Source: Polyangiales bacterium
Lineage (GTDB): Bacteria > Myxococcota_A > Polyangia > Polyangiales > Polyangiaceae
DNA length: 64,000 nucleotides
Assembly (NCBI GenBank): GCA_038231275.1
Contig: JBBRLQ010000005.1
Span: 32,001 to 96,000 of the forward strand
Reading direction: 5' to 3'
Part shown: one piece after another, positions 19,054-30,155 of the stretch
Layout: each line of letters opens with the position of its first letter
How positions within the stretch are numbered: the stretch's first letter is position 1
Position numbers and translations under genes: made by a program
Notes under the pieces: generated by a model
Databases searched by the model: none
What the model was told of the DNA's origin: nothing
Seen by the model: the letters and a program-made list of their open reading frames with translations, nothing else

Positions 19054-20295
19054 CTACTGCCCGCCGTCGATCTTCCCCCGCAAAATCCTCGCGGCCTCCC
19101 GGTACGCCGGCCGATCCGGAAACAGCAGCGCCAGCTGGTCGTACGCCAGCGCCGCGCGCTCGTATTGCCCATTCGCGACGAAGTCGACCGCTTGCCGCTC
19201 CAGCGTGCGCTGCGTCCCGTTCGTCGTCGTCGGAAGCGCCGTGACCGACGCGGGCGGCAGAGGAACGCTCGGCAGCGACGAAAGGCTGATCGTCGGAGGC
19301 ACAGTCGCCGATGGGACCGCGCTCGCGGCGTCGTTCATCGTCATCGCGCTCGGCACAGCCGCGCCCCCATCGACGATCGCGACGGGTGTAGCCACGGGCA
19401 CCTCCTCGTCGTCCGCGATGAAGAGGAAGTAAAGCGACACGAGCAACGCCGGCAGCAGCGCGACGAGGATCTTCTTCGGCCCCGTCAGCTCGTCCCACTT
19501 TTGCTTGATCAGCTCGAGCTGCGGGTTTTGTATGCGGTTCGTCTGCACCGTCGGCGCTTGCGTCGAGCGCACCGGCGAGGCTCCCGGCAACGGACCGGAC
19601 GGCGGTGCGCGTCGCGTTCCGAACGGCGTCGGGACCACGAGGCCCGGCTGGCGCGTCGTCTCGCCGAGCTCCGGCGGCAAGGGAACGGGCGCGCCCTTCG
19701 CCATGCGCTGCGTTTGATCGAACGGTGGCCTTAGCAAATGCGCGGGCGTGGGGATTTCCTCCAACGGCGGACCCGGCGGCGGGGGAGGGGGCAGCGGAGG
19801 AAGCGGAAGATTTCCCCCCCGTGCGCTCATCGGCGACGGCGCGTCGAGCGGCTGCACGCGCGTCGACTCGCTCTCGGGCCGCCGCGCGAACGCGCCGGGC
19901 TTGAACGGCCGCGCGATCTGCGGCGCCGGACGATCCACGACCGCGGTCGCCTGATCGTCCAGATCCGGCTCTTCGGTGTACGTCGCTCGAAAATGAAGCC
20001 GCGCCGAGCCCATCTCGATTTTGCAGGGCGGCGACACGCTCGTCCACGTGCGCCCGATCGGCTGCCCGTGCGCGATCACAGGACTCCGTTCATCCACGCT
20101 CTGGAGAAAGAACCGCTTACCGTCGAAATACACGTAGCCGTGCACGTCGAGGATGCCGCTGCCCTCGATGCGCCACATGCCGCGCTTGCCGACGCTCATC
20201 GGTGAGAGCACCTGGCCGCGTGGTATCGCGATGAACGGCGGATCGGCGATGCCGATCTCCACCTCCACCACGAGCTCCTCCGACGGATCAGCCAT
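19054..20295 (-). CDS. Degenerate FHA-like domain, Pro-rich linker, TM segment and TPR-like tail (Tad-associated)
   Basis: SVGKRGMWRIEGSGILDVHG...IEMGSARLHF; TM segment ILVALLPALLVSLYFLFI; GQYERAALAY tail; overlaps the cpaF stop. Confidence 0.65.
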   Translation of the reverse strand: MADPSEELVVEVEIGIADPPFIAIPRGQVLSPMSVGKRGMWRIEGSGILDVHGYVYFDGKRFFLQSVDERSPVIAHGQPIGRTWTSVSPPCKIEMGSARLHFRATYTEEPDLDDQATAVVDRPAPQIARPFKPGAFARRPESESTRVQPLDAPSPMSARGGNLPLPPLPPPPPPGPPLEEIPTPAHLLRPPFDQTQRMAKGAPVPLPPELGETTRQPGLVVPTPFGTRRAPPSGPLPGASPVRSTQAPTVQTNRIQNPQLELIKQKWDELTGPKKILVALLPALLVSLYFLFIADDEEVPVATPVAIVDGGAAVPSAMTMNDAASAVPSATVPPTISLSSLPSVPLPPASVTALPTTTNGTQRTLERQAVDFVANGQYERAALAYDQLALLFPDRPAYREAARILRGKIDGGQ

Positions 20296-21415
20296 ATTCG
20301 TGCTCGCGCCGCTTCGCTGCATCGTAGACCGCGGCCGGCATGTCGACCCCGTGCTCGTGCAGTTGCGGAAGCGCGCGAGGCAGTATCCCCGTAGGCAAGA
20401 AATCGCTCAAGACCTCACCGCGTTCGCCGAAGCCATGGTACTCGCGGTGGAAAATATCCTGAATCTGGTAGCTCTGCGTGGCGACGTCGAAGCCGAGCAC
20501 CTCGGAGATGTGTGTGATCTTTCGCGACCCGTCTTGGAGGCGCGAGACCTGCACGATCAAGTTCACGGCGCTCGCGAGCTGGACGCGCATCGCGGCGAGC
20601 GGCATGTCGACGTCGCTCATCATCGCCATCGTCTCGAGGCGCGTGAGCGTGTCGCGCGGATAGGTCGCGTGCAGGGTGGACAAGCAGCCGCCGTGACCGC
20701 TGGTCATCGCCTGGATGAGGTCCAGCGCTTCGCCGGACCGGATTTCTCCGACGACGATGCGATCGGGGCGCAGGCGCAACGTCGCGCGGAAGAGATCGCG
20801 AATCGTGACCTCTCCCTTGCCCTTCGGATCCGCGGGCCGCGCCTCGAGCATGACGACGTGCTGGCGCTGGAGCTGGAGCTCGCGCGAGTCTTCGATGACG
20901 ACGACGCGCTCGCCTTCGGGGATGTACGACGAGAGCGCGTTCAGCATCGACGTCTTGCCGCTGCCAGTGCCGCCGGCGACGAGGATGTTCATCTTGGCCG
21001 CGACGAGCGCGTGCAGCGCCATTGCGCTCTCTTCGGTCATCGCGCCGAAGCCGATGAGGCGCTCGACTGTGAGCGTCTCCTTGAAAAAGCGGCGAATGGA
21101 CACGCACGGCCCGTCCGGCGCGGCGGGCGGTAGGATGGCCTCGATGCGCGATCCGTCGGGGAGGCGGCCTTCCAAGATCGGCCGATTTTCGTCGATGTGC
21201 TTGCCGACGAACTGCGCCGCGTTGCGCAGCGCCGCGATGAGCGCCTCGCGCGTCTCGAAGCGCGCGTTCGTGAGCTCGAGCTTTCCTCTTCGCTCCACGA
21301 AGATCTGATCGGGGCCGTTGATCATGATGTCGGCGACGATCGGATCTTCGAGAAAGGGCCGGATCGGGGCGAAAAATTGGAGAAGCGTCTCGGCGAAGAC
21401 CTCGCGGGGGATCAT
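20288..21415 (-). CDS. cpaF: CpaF/TadA pilus ATPase (short, second copy)
   Basis: DIMINGPD, RLPDGSR, Walker A GGTGSGKT, IEDSREL, LRLRPDRIVVGEIR, MTSGHGG..STLHA. Confidence 0.93.
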   Translation of the reverse strand: MIPREVFAETLLQFFAPIRPFLEDPIVADIMINGPDQIFVERRGKLELTNARFETREALIAALRNAAQFVGKHIDENRPILEGRLPDGSRIEAILPPAAPDGPCVSIRRFFKETLTVERLIGFGAMTEESAMALHALVAAKMNILVAGGTGSGKTSMLNALSSYIPEGERVVVIEDSRELQLQRQHVVMLEARPADPKGKGEVTIRDLFRATLRLRPDRIVVGEIRSGEALDLIQAMTSGHGGCLSTLHATYPRDTLTRLETMAMMSDVDMPLAAMRVQLASAVNLIVQVSRLQDGSRKITHISEVLGFDVATQSYQIQDIFHREYHGFGERGEVLSDFLPTGILPRALPQLHEHGVDMPAAVYDAAKRREHEYG

Positions 21416-22035
21416 GGCGAAGCCTCGGTATTCTCGGGGGAGGGGGGGCCAGCTGGAACGGTTTGCATGAGCGACGCGCGGGCTTCCTCCGCATGCGCGC
21501 CCTGCGGCGCGAGGCGAAGGTACTCCCGAAAATGGACATCGGCGCCGGCGCGATCGCCTTGATCGCGGACCACCATCGCGAGCGCAAAGTGGGCCTGGGC
21601 TTCGGTCGGGCGCGCGACGAGCACCCTCTCGAGCTCGGCGCGGGCGCCCGGCGCGTCGCCGACCGCGGCGTACAGCGTCCCGAGGACGAAGCGCGCGCTC
21701 ACGTCGGAGGGGTGCCGTCGCAAGTGATTCTCAGCGTAATTGATGGCGACGCGGTAGCGGCCGTCTTGCACGCACACGGCCAGGAGCAGCGGGATGATCT
21801 TGGCTTCGTCGCCCCCCGTCTCGATCGCCGCCGCGAAATATTCCTCGGCGCGCGTGAGATCACCGACGTTCCAGAACGCGCGCGCCTGCGCGACCATCTT
21901 CTCGGGCTTCTGCTCGCTGCGGAACGTCTTCACGTTCTGCTGCACGCGCTCGCCGGGCGAGGCCGCGCAGCCGACGGTCAGCGCCGCGGAGGCGAGGAGC
22001 GGGAGGAGGCGCGAGAGGAGGCGAGGCATGCTCAC
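21412..22035 (-). CDS. TPR lipoprotein (TadD/pilotin-like)
   Basis: Lipobox LTVGC; several TPR motifs; GTG 22035 or ATG 22029. Confidence 0.75.
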   Translation of the reverse strand: MSMPRLLSRLLPLLASAALTVGCAASPGERVQQNVKTFRSEQKPEKMVAQARAFWNVGDLTRAEEYFAAAIETGGDEAKIIPLLLAVCVQDGRYRVAINYAENHLRRHPSDVSARFVLGTLYAAVGDAPGARAELERVLVARPTEAQAHFALAMVVRDQGDRAGADVHFREYLRLAPQGAHAEEARASLMQTVPAGPPSPENTEASP

Positions 22036-22916
22036 GACTTCGGCGGCCCTCCGCTGCCGAGCTTCACTTTGAGACGCCGATCCCAGTTCGAGAGCCACGT
22101 TACGTAGTCGCCCGGCTTCCCTTCGGTGAACGCGAGCAGGATCTTGACTTGCCGCTGCGCGCTCTTGCCGTCGTTCACCGAGAGGGCGTGCTCGAGGCGG
22201 ACGCGCTGCGTGCGGTAGTCGTCGGTGAGCTCTTTGCGCAGCGCGTTCGCCGAGGCGTACGCCTGGTTGCTGGATTCGACGTCGCCTCCGCTTCGAAAAC
22301 AGACCGCCGCCAGCTCGTAGAGAGGCACCGCTGCGACGCCGTCCTGCACGTGGAACGGCCGCCGTTCGCGCTTCGCGTCGGCGACCTGCCGCTTCTCACG
22401 CGCGAGCGCCAACGCCTGATCCGCGCTCGGCTGCGGGCACGAGGTGATCGGCGCGCTCCACAAATCCGGCTCTTTCGGCGGCTTGGTGACCACCGTGTCG
22501 GTTGGCTGGTCGAAGAAGAAGAGGTAGCCGGCCGCGGGGATCATCATCAATACGGCGATCACCGTCATCGGGCTCGTGCCGGCTTTCTTCTGCTGCGTCT
22601 GGATGCCGCCGCCGGCGATGTCCGCCGCTTGCGCGTAAATCTGCACCTGCCCCACGCCGAGCAGCGTCTCGGCCGGGAGCGGCGCTTGTGTGAACGGGAT
22701 GCCGTTCATCGTCGGCGGTGGCTCGAAGCTCAGCGCGCGCGCGAAGACGTTGCCGTTGGCGCCGACCTCGATGAGCACGTGCTCCACCGCCGCTTGATCG
22801 AGCGGGAGGCGAATGTCGCAGTGCGCGCCGCTGCCGATGAGCGCGCGCTCGTGCTCGATGTTGATCTGCTCCTGTTGCCCGGTGGGGTACTGGATCTGGA
22901 AGCGGAGGATCCTCAC
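22032..22916 (-). CDS. FHA-like domain, TM segment and helical periplasmic domain
   Basis: ALIGSGAHCDIRL...EHVLI...MNG; TM segment VIAVLMMIPAAGYLFFF. Confidence 0.75.
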   Translation of the reverse strand: MRILRFQIQYPTGQQEQINIEHERALIGSGAHCDIRLPLDQAAVEHVLIEVGANGNVFARALSFEPPPTMNGIPFTQAPLPAETLLGVGQVQIYAQAADIAGGGIQTQQKKAGTSPMTVIAVLMMIPAAGYLFFFDQPTDTVVTKPPKEPDLWSAPITSCPQPSADQALALAREKRQVADAKRERRPFHVQDGVAAVPLYELAAVCFRSGGDVESSNQAYASANALRKELTDDYRTQRVRLEHALSVNDGKSAQRQVKILLAFTEGKPGDYVTWLSNWDRRLKVKLGSGGPPKS

Positions 22917-22920
22917 GGCG

Positions 22921-23832
22921 TCACAGGCCTCCCGTGATCGTCATGAGCGCAGGCCCGAGGAGGAGCAGCATGATCGAGAAGAAGACGAGCATGAGCGGAC
23001 CGACCATCTGCACGCCCGCCTTCGCTGCCGCCTCTTCCGCGCGCACCGAGCGACGCGTGCGCGACACGTTGGCCTGGATGGTGAGCACTTCGGCGACGGG
23101 ATTGCCGCGCTCTTCGGCCTGGATGAGCGCGTTGACGAACTCGGTGACGGAGTCGACCGGCGCGCGCTTCGCGAGCTCGAGGAGCGCTTGCTTGCGCGTC
23201 TGCCCGAGGTTCAAGGTCTGGAGCACCAGCGTGAACTCTTCGACGATCGGATCGTCGGGGTTGCTGCTCTTCTCGACGACCTGACGCACGGCACCCGGGA
23301 AATCGAGCCCCGCGCCCATTCCCAGCGCCATGAGATCGATCACGTAGGGCAGCCCGCGGCTGATCGATTTCAATCGCTCGGTGCCTGCGCCGCTGATTTG
23401 CAGGTACGGCAGCGCGGCGCCGAGGGCGGTCAGCGCGATCGACATGAGCGGCCCGAGATCGGTCACGTACGCGGCGACGACGCCCGCGCCCGCGCCGGCG
23501 ATCGCGCTCAAGATCGACAGCGCGAGGAACTCGTCGGCGGTGAGCCCCATGTAGTCGCCGGCGAGGCCGACCAGGCGATCGATGCTCGATCGCTGCTCGT
23601 CGGTCGGAATGCCGCTGAGGCGCACGCCCATCCATCGCACGAGCGGCTCGAGCCCCGCCCACACCTCGTTCTTCGCGAGCACGCGCTGTCGCTTGAGGCC
23701 GCGGAGACCGAGCCGGCTCGCCACCCGCGTCGGCGCGCTCGCCAGCGTGTACACCGTCATGACGAGCGCGAGCCCGCCGGTGAAGAGCACCGCCATCCGG
23801 AGGACCAACGTCTGGATGCTCAGCTCGCTCAT
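22921..23832 (-). CDS. tadC: TadC / T2SS-F-family inner-membrane platform protein
   Basis: GLPYVIDLMALGMGAGL, FVNALIQAEERGNPVAEVL, RAEEAAAKAGVQM..PL. Confidence 0.9.
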   Translation of the reverse strand: MSELSIQTLVLRMAVLFTGGLALVMTVYTLASAPTRVASRLGLRGLKRQRVLAKNEVWAGLEPLVRWMGVRLSGIPTDEQRSSIDRLVGLAGDYMGLTADEFLALSILSAIAGAGAGVVAAYVTDLGPLMSIALTALGAALPYLQISGAGTERLKSISRGLPYVIDLMALGMGAGLDFPGAVRQVVEKSSNPDDPIVEEFTLVLQTLNLGQTRKQALLELAKRAPVDSVTEFVNALIQAEERGNPVAEVLTIQANVSRTRRSVRAEEAAAKAGVQMVGPLMLVFFSIMLLLLGPALMTITGGL

Positions 23833-24700
23833 AGGTCCACCGAGAGCACCTTGCGGGCGAGCACGATCGCCGTCACCCACAGCGTCGAGGCGACGCCGAT
23901 GAGGATGTAGCCGATCATGTTGCCCTCGAGCGGCTTGAAATAGCCCGGCCAGAGCGCGTTCAACATGAAGACGAGCACGAACGGCAGGACGCCGATCGCC
24001 CACAGCTGGAAGCGCCCCTCGGCGGTCTTCGTGCGCACGACGCCCTCGAGGCGCTGCATCTCGCGCATCGTCGAGCTCGTCGTCTCGAGCACCTTCGGGA
24101 GATTTCCGCCGACCTGACGTCCGATCAAGATCGAGCTCAGCGCCGAGTCGAGCTGACGGCTGCCGGCGCGCGACGCCATGTGCAGGAGCGCCTGATCGAG
24201 CGAGCTGCCGACCTTCATCTCCTTCAGCGCCAGATCCACCTCTTGCCGCATCGGCGGCTGGATGACGCCCGACACCGACGCGAGCGCCGCGCCGATGCTC
24301 GGCGTGGATTTGAGCGCGTTGGCGAGCGCGAGGAGGAACCCGTCGAGCTGCGACTCGATCTCCTCGACGCGCTTCTTGCGGAGCTGCTCGATGTACACGC
24401 CGGGCACGACCGCGATGACGACGACGCCGAGGTACCAGTACGGAATGTCGATGAGGATGTGCGCGACGAGGAACACGAACACGAGGACGAGCTGCGCGAG
24501 CGCGATGCGTCGACCGGGCAGGAAGATGAACATCGGGCGGAGCTTTCGCTCCATCGACGACGTGTAACGGTTCCAGTACCGGTAGCCGAAGCTCGCCGGA
24601 TCACGCGCCGCCGAGAACGTCGCGATGAAGAGCGCGAGGAAGACGGCGGCGAGGCTGCCCCACTTCGTCATCTCCGTCAGCGGCGCGACGTCGCGAAAAT

Positions 24701-24704
<4 letters not shown>
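23829..24704 (-). CDS. tadB: TadB / T2SS-F-family inner-membrane platform protein
   Basis: GTG 24704; QLDGFLLALANALKS, EMKVGSSLDQAL, GGNLPKVLE, TAEGRFQ. Confidence 0.9.
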
Positions 24705-26458
<1,754 letters not shown>

Positions 26459-26491
26459 GACAGGGTTTCTGGATCTGCCTGGTTTTTGAAG

Positions 26492-27817
26492 CTACTTCGC
26501 CGAAGGCGGGGTCTTGTTGAACGTGTTGACCTGGTCGATTTCCCCGCTGTAATCGCCGAACGTCGCGAGTGCGTTCTTGATGATCTCGACCGACGACTTG
26601 GGGACGGTCTCGACGACGCTCGGGATGATGAAGACCGCGCCCTCGACGTCGGTGAGATCGTCGCGGTTGCTGGAGAAGAGGACGCCGAGCACAGGGATCT
26701 GGCTGAGGCCGGGGACGCCCACGATGTCGTGGCGCTGGTTCTGCGTGCGGATGCCGGAGAGGACGAGCGCTTGACCGAGCTTCAGCGTGACGAGCGTGCT
26801 GAGCTTACTGGTGCTTCGGCCCGGCAGCGTGCTCGACGCGGCCGGTGGCGTGAGATCGGAGACGTCGGCGGACAGCTTCACCTCGACGTCCTTGCTCGTC
26901 TGCTCGAAGCGCGGGAGCACGGTGACGTTGGTGCCGAACTGCACCTTGACGAGGCTGGACGTGAGGCCGGTGGCCGCGATGAAGTTCTGCTCGCCGCCCG
27001 AGTCGAACGTGGCCTCGGCGCCGTTGGAGGTGAGCACGGTCGATTGCTTGAGCACCTTCGCCCAGCCGTGGCGCGCGGCGATGTCGAGGCGCGGCAGCGG
27101 CTGATTGACGATCGAGGCCTGCGCAGCCGTCGGCGTCTTCGCGATGAAGTCGTACGAGAACGAGCTCTGCGTGATCTGCGCGCCGCCCGCCGGGTTCGTG
27201 AAGCTGCCCGCCGCCGCGTCGCCGCCGATCGATCCCGGCCACGCGAGGCCCACCGCGTAGCTCGCGCTCCGCTCGTATTGCACGAAGAAAAAATCGAGCC
27301 GGATGAGGATCTTCCCGTCGGCGGGGCCTCGTCCGACGCTCACGAGCGCCTCGACCTGCCCCTCGTAGAGCCCTGCGATCTGCTGGATTCGCCGGTATTC
27401 CACGTCGGTCGTGACCGCGCCCTCGATGAAGACGCGCGTACCGATGGGGCGCGTGCTCACGCCGGGCATCTTGTCGAGCAGCTGCTGGAGCTCTCTCTGC
27501 ACGGCTTCGACCGGCCGCTTCGCGACGCTCACCTGGAACGTCTGCTGCGAGCCGTCCTGCTTGAGCATCAGGAACGTCGTGTTGCCGGGCTTCTTGGCGG
27601 TGATGACGATCTTGTCGCCCTGTGTCGTGAGCGTCGACTCGATGATCGACTTGTCGCCCTCGCCGAAGTTCGACACGCCGCGCGCCGAGAGCGTCTTGGT
27701 CTCGCCGACGGCGAGGTTGATCTCGCTGTCCTTGTGGCCCTGCGCGGCTGCGATGGCCGCGCTCGTCATGACCGCGACGCTCACAAGGCCGGCGGCGGCC
27801 GCGGCCGAAAATCTCAC
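26492..27817 (-). CDS. cpaC: CpaC/RcpA secretin
   Basis: GTG 27817; signal peptide; pilus-formation N domain (LAVGE...KKPGNT), BON-like segment, secretin motifs (ATFDSGGE, FGTNVTVLP, GQALVLSG, PGLSQIPVLGVLF). Confidence 0.88.
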   Translation of the reverse strand: MRFSAAAAAGLVSVAVMTSAAIAAAQGHKDSEINLAVGETKTLSARGVSNFGEGDKSIIESTLTTQGDKIVITAKKPGNTTFLMLKQDGSQQTFQVSVAKRPVEAVQRELQQLLDKMPGVSTRPIGTRVFIEGAVTTDVEYRRIQQIAGLYEGQVEALVSVGRGPADGKILIRLDFFFVQYERSASYAVGLAWPGSIGGDAAAGSFTNPAGGAQITQSSFSYDFIAKTPTAAQASIVNQPLPRLDIAARHGWAKVLKQSTVLTSNGAEATFDSGGEQNFIAATGLTSSLVKVQFGTNVTVLPRFEQTSKDVEVKLSADVSDLTPPAASSTLPGRSTSKLSTLVTLKLGQALVLSGIRTQNQRHDIVGVPGLSQIPVLGVLFSSNRDDLTDVEGAVFIIPSVVETVPKSSVEIIKNALATFGDYSGEIDQVNTFNKTPPSAK

Positions 27818-28611
27818 TGCCCCTCCGGCAAGCGCGTCGCGCGCTGCGGGGTGTAGTTGCGGCTCCCCACCGGATCGCGCCCGTCGCGGTTGAAGAGGAG
27901 CTGCGTATTGTAGTCGGGGATGCGATCGATCGTGCGCTGATCCTCCGCGTTTCGCAGCGCGACGGTGATCCGGCCTTTTTCCTGGGCCGCGGCGAGGAGC
28001 TGCGCCTCGGGCAAGGTGAGGCTCAACGTGAGGAGGTTGTCGCGATCGCTGACGACGCCGTTCTTCTCGGCGGGGCTCGTGTCGCTCGACGTGTCGAGAC
28101 CGGTCGCGAGCACGAGCACGCGCTGAAGGAGCACCGCGGCCGCGCGCGTCTCGCTCTGCTGGCTCTGGCTCATGACGGCGATGACGTCGACGTAGTTGCC
28201 CGGCCGAATGAGCGCGACGCTCGAGTCCTCGCGCGACGTCTTGATCGTGACGGCGCGGTTGCCGGGCTGCACGATGTCCGACAAATCGCGGCGATCCTCG
28301 CTCGCGGTGATGAGGTCGGTCCACATCAAGGTCTGGTTGGCCTGCACGGTGTTGCCCACGCGCAGGCCCAGGATCTTCGCCTTCTCCACCTCTTTGATGG
28401 CGCGATCCTCGACGTACGCCTGCGGCACCTCGCGCGTTGCGACGAGCTCATCGGTGATGACCTTGCCGCGCTCGATGGGCTTAACGGCCATCAGCAGCTT
28501 GATTTTGGCGCCGCCCGACGCGTCGACTTCGAACCTGCGTTGGTACAAAACCAGCAGGAAGACGCCGAGCATGCCGACGATCAGCGCAAGGACGAGCGCA
28601 CGACGGTTCAT
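27814..28611 (-). CDS. cpaB: Flp pilus assembly protein CpaB/RcpC
   Basis: N-terminal TM, SAF domain, PGNRAVTI, IRPGNYVDVI, LLQRVLVLA, ALRNAED. Confidence 0.92.
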   Translation of the reverse strand: MNRRALVLALIVGMLGVFLLVLYQRRFEVDASGGAKIKLLMAVKPIERGKVITDELVATREVPQAYVEDRAIKEVEKAKILGLRVGNTVQANQTLMWTDLITASEDRRDLSDIVQPGNRAVTIKTSREDSSVALIRPGNYVDVIAVMSQSQQSETRAAAVLLQRVLVLATGLDTSSDTSPAEKNGVVSDRDNLLTLSLTLPEAQLLAAAQEKGRITVALRNAEDQRTIDRIPDYNTQLLFNRDGRDPVGSRNYTPQRATRLPEGQ

Positions 28612-28664
28612 AGGTGCTCTGTAAGCGTACCCCTATTTGCCGAAACCTGGAAGGCCCAGGAATT

Positions 28665-29645
28665 TCAGGGGGTTGGGGTCCGCGGACGCGCGGCGAGCTC
28701 GCCGATCGAACAGATCGTGCTCCCCGAGTCGTCCTTGCCGACGGCGACGAGGAACTGCGCGCCGTCCTTCATGTACGCGTGCCCGCGGCCCGTCTGCGGC
28801 GCGCCGTACGCTTTGTCGGGATCGATGATCGCCCAGCCCTTGGCGTCCATCTCGGCGTCGTAGTAGGCGACGAGCTGCGCGGGCTCCTCTTTCGAGCGGT
28901 AGACGAACGTGCCGAACGGCGTGCCGGCGATGTCGATGCTCATGAGGCGCTTCGACTCGGGCGGGCGCGTGATGCCTTCCGGATCTTTGCCGGGCGCCTC
29001 GCCCTCGGCGGGGAACATCGCGCCGAGGTTGAAGCGATCTTCGGTCCACACGGTGAGCACCAACGTGTTGCCCTGCGGCGTCGTCTGCGCGTACGCGTAG
29101 CGTAGCTTGCCGAGGACGCCGAGATCGTGCGTCCGCGTGAACTCGTGCGCCGCTTCTTTCAGCGTCGAGCGCGTCTCGGTGCCCTTCACGAGGCAGAGGA
29201 CGACGCCCTCCTTGCCGTTGTCGTGACGGACGGTGCCGGCCGTCGCGAAGGCGCTCGCGCGCGCATCGGTCTTCGCGTCGAGAGACTTGCCCTCCTTGGA
29301 CAGGCCCTTCCACGCGTCGCCGAGCGCGCCGGGGCTCGCGGCGCAGTGCGCGTCGAAGCGATCGAGGACGGCGGCGAGCGGCTCCTTCGTGACGGCGCTC
29401 GCCACGAAGACGGGCTGATCGTTCAGGCGGATCTGCGTCGTCTCCTCGAGGAGATCGGCGACCTCCGCGAGATCGCGCCCGACCTGCATCGACGACTTGC
29501 CGATGTCGGCCTTCGCCGAGCGGTACGAGTACGCGAAGAGCCCGACGCTGACGACGGTGCCGTACGCCAACACACGCAGCGTGCCCTTCACGCGCTGCGA
29601 TCCCAGCTTCCTTTTTGCGGCGATGAGGAGGGCGAGTCCGATCAT
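28665..29645 (-). CDS. Hypothetical membrane-anchored periplasmic protein in the Tad locus
   Basis: GGAGG RBS; one N-terminal TM segment; no motif recognised. Confidence 0.7.
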   Translation of the reverse strand: MIGLALLIAAKRKLGSQRVKGTLRVLAYGTVVSVGLFAYSYRSAKADIGKSSMQVGRDLAEVADLLEETTQIRLNDQPVFVASAVTKEPLAAVLDRFDAHCAASPGALGDAWKGLSKEGKSLDAKTDARASAFATAGTVRHDNGKEGVVLCLVKGTETRSTLKEAAHEFTRTHDLGVLGKLRYAYAQTTPQGNTLVLTVWTEDRFNLGAMFPAEGEAPGKDPEGITRPPESKRLMSIDIAGTPFGTFVYRSKEEPAQLVAYYDAEMDAKGWAIIDPDKAYGAPQTGRGHAYMKDGAQFLVAVGKDDSGSTICSIGELAARPRTPTP

Positions 29646-29657
29646 GGGGCTGACCTC

Positions 29658-30155
29658 CTAGAGGACTCCGGTGCGGAAGAAGCCGAAGCTCCACTTCATG
29701 ACGCCGATCGGATCGCCGTTCTCGGGGCGCTCGTTACAGTACGCCTGCGACGACCCCTTCACGGTGCGCGAGCGTCCGCCGCCGCTGGCGGTCGCTTGCA
29801 TGCTCGACTGCGCCATGTTGAACGAGCGATCGGTGGACCCTTTCATCGCGTCGGCGCCGGGCGGCCCCTTGTCGATCGCGCCCTGGTACGAGGTGTTCCC
29901 GTTCGTGTCGAGCGTGTAGCCGGCGGGGCCGTAGCCTCCCAGCCCGCCGAGGCCGCCGCTGTTGCCGCGGCAGCCGTGCGACGCGAAGTAGAGCGAGTTC
30001 TCGCGCGAGGTCTGCTGGACCGCGATCTTCTGTTTGTACGAGTTGTACTCGTACATGATGAGCCCGAGAAAAATCGCGAGCACCGGGAGGACCACGGCCG
30101 CCTCGACGAGCGCAGCGCCGCGCTGACGGCTCCTCTTCTTGAAGCGATTGCTCAT
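29658..30155 (-). CDS. TadE/TadF-like pseudopilin
   Basis: RQRG|AALVEAAVVLPVL prepilin cleavage motif with E+5. Confidence 0.85.
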   Translation of the reverse strand: MSNRFKKRSRQRGAALVEAAVVLPVLAIFLGLIMYEYNSYKQKIAVQQTSRENSLYFASHGCRGNSGGLGGLGGYGPAGYTLDTNGNTSYQGAIDKGPPGADAMKGSTDRSFNMAQSSMQATASGGGRSRTVKGSSQAYCNERPENGDPIGVMKWSFGFFRTGVL

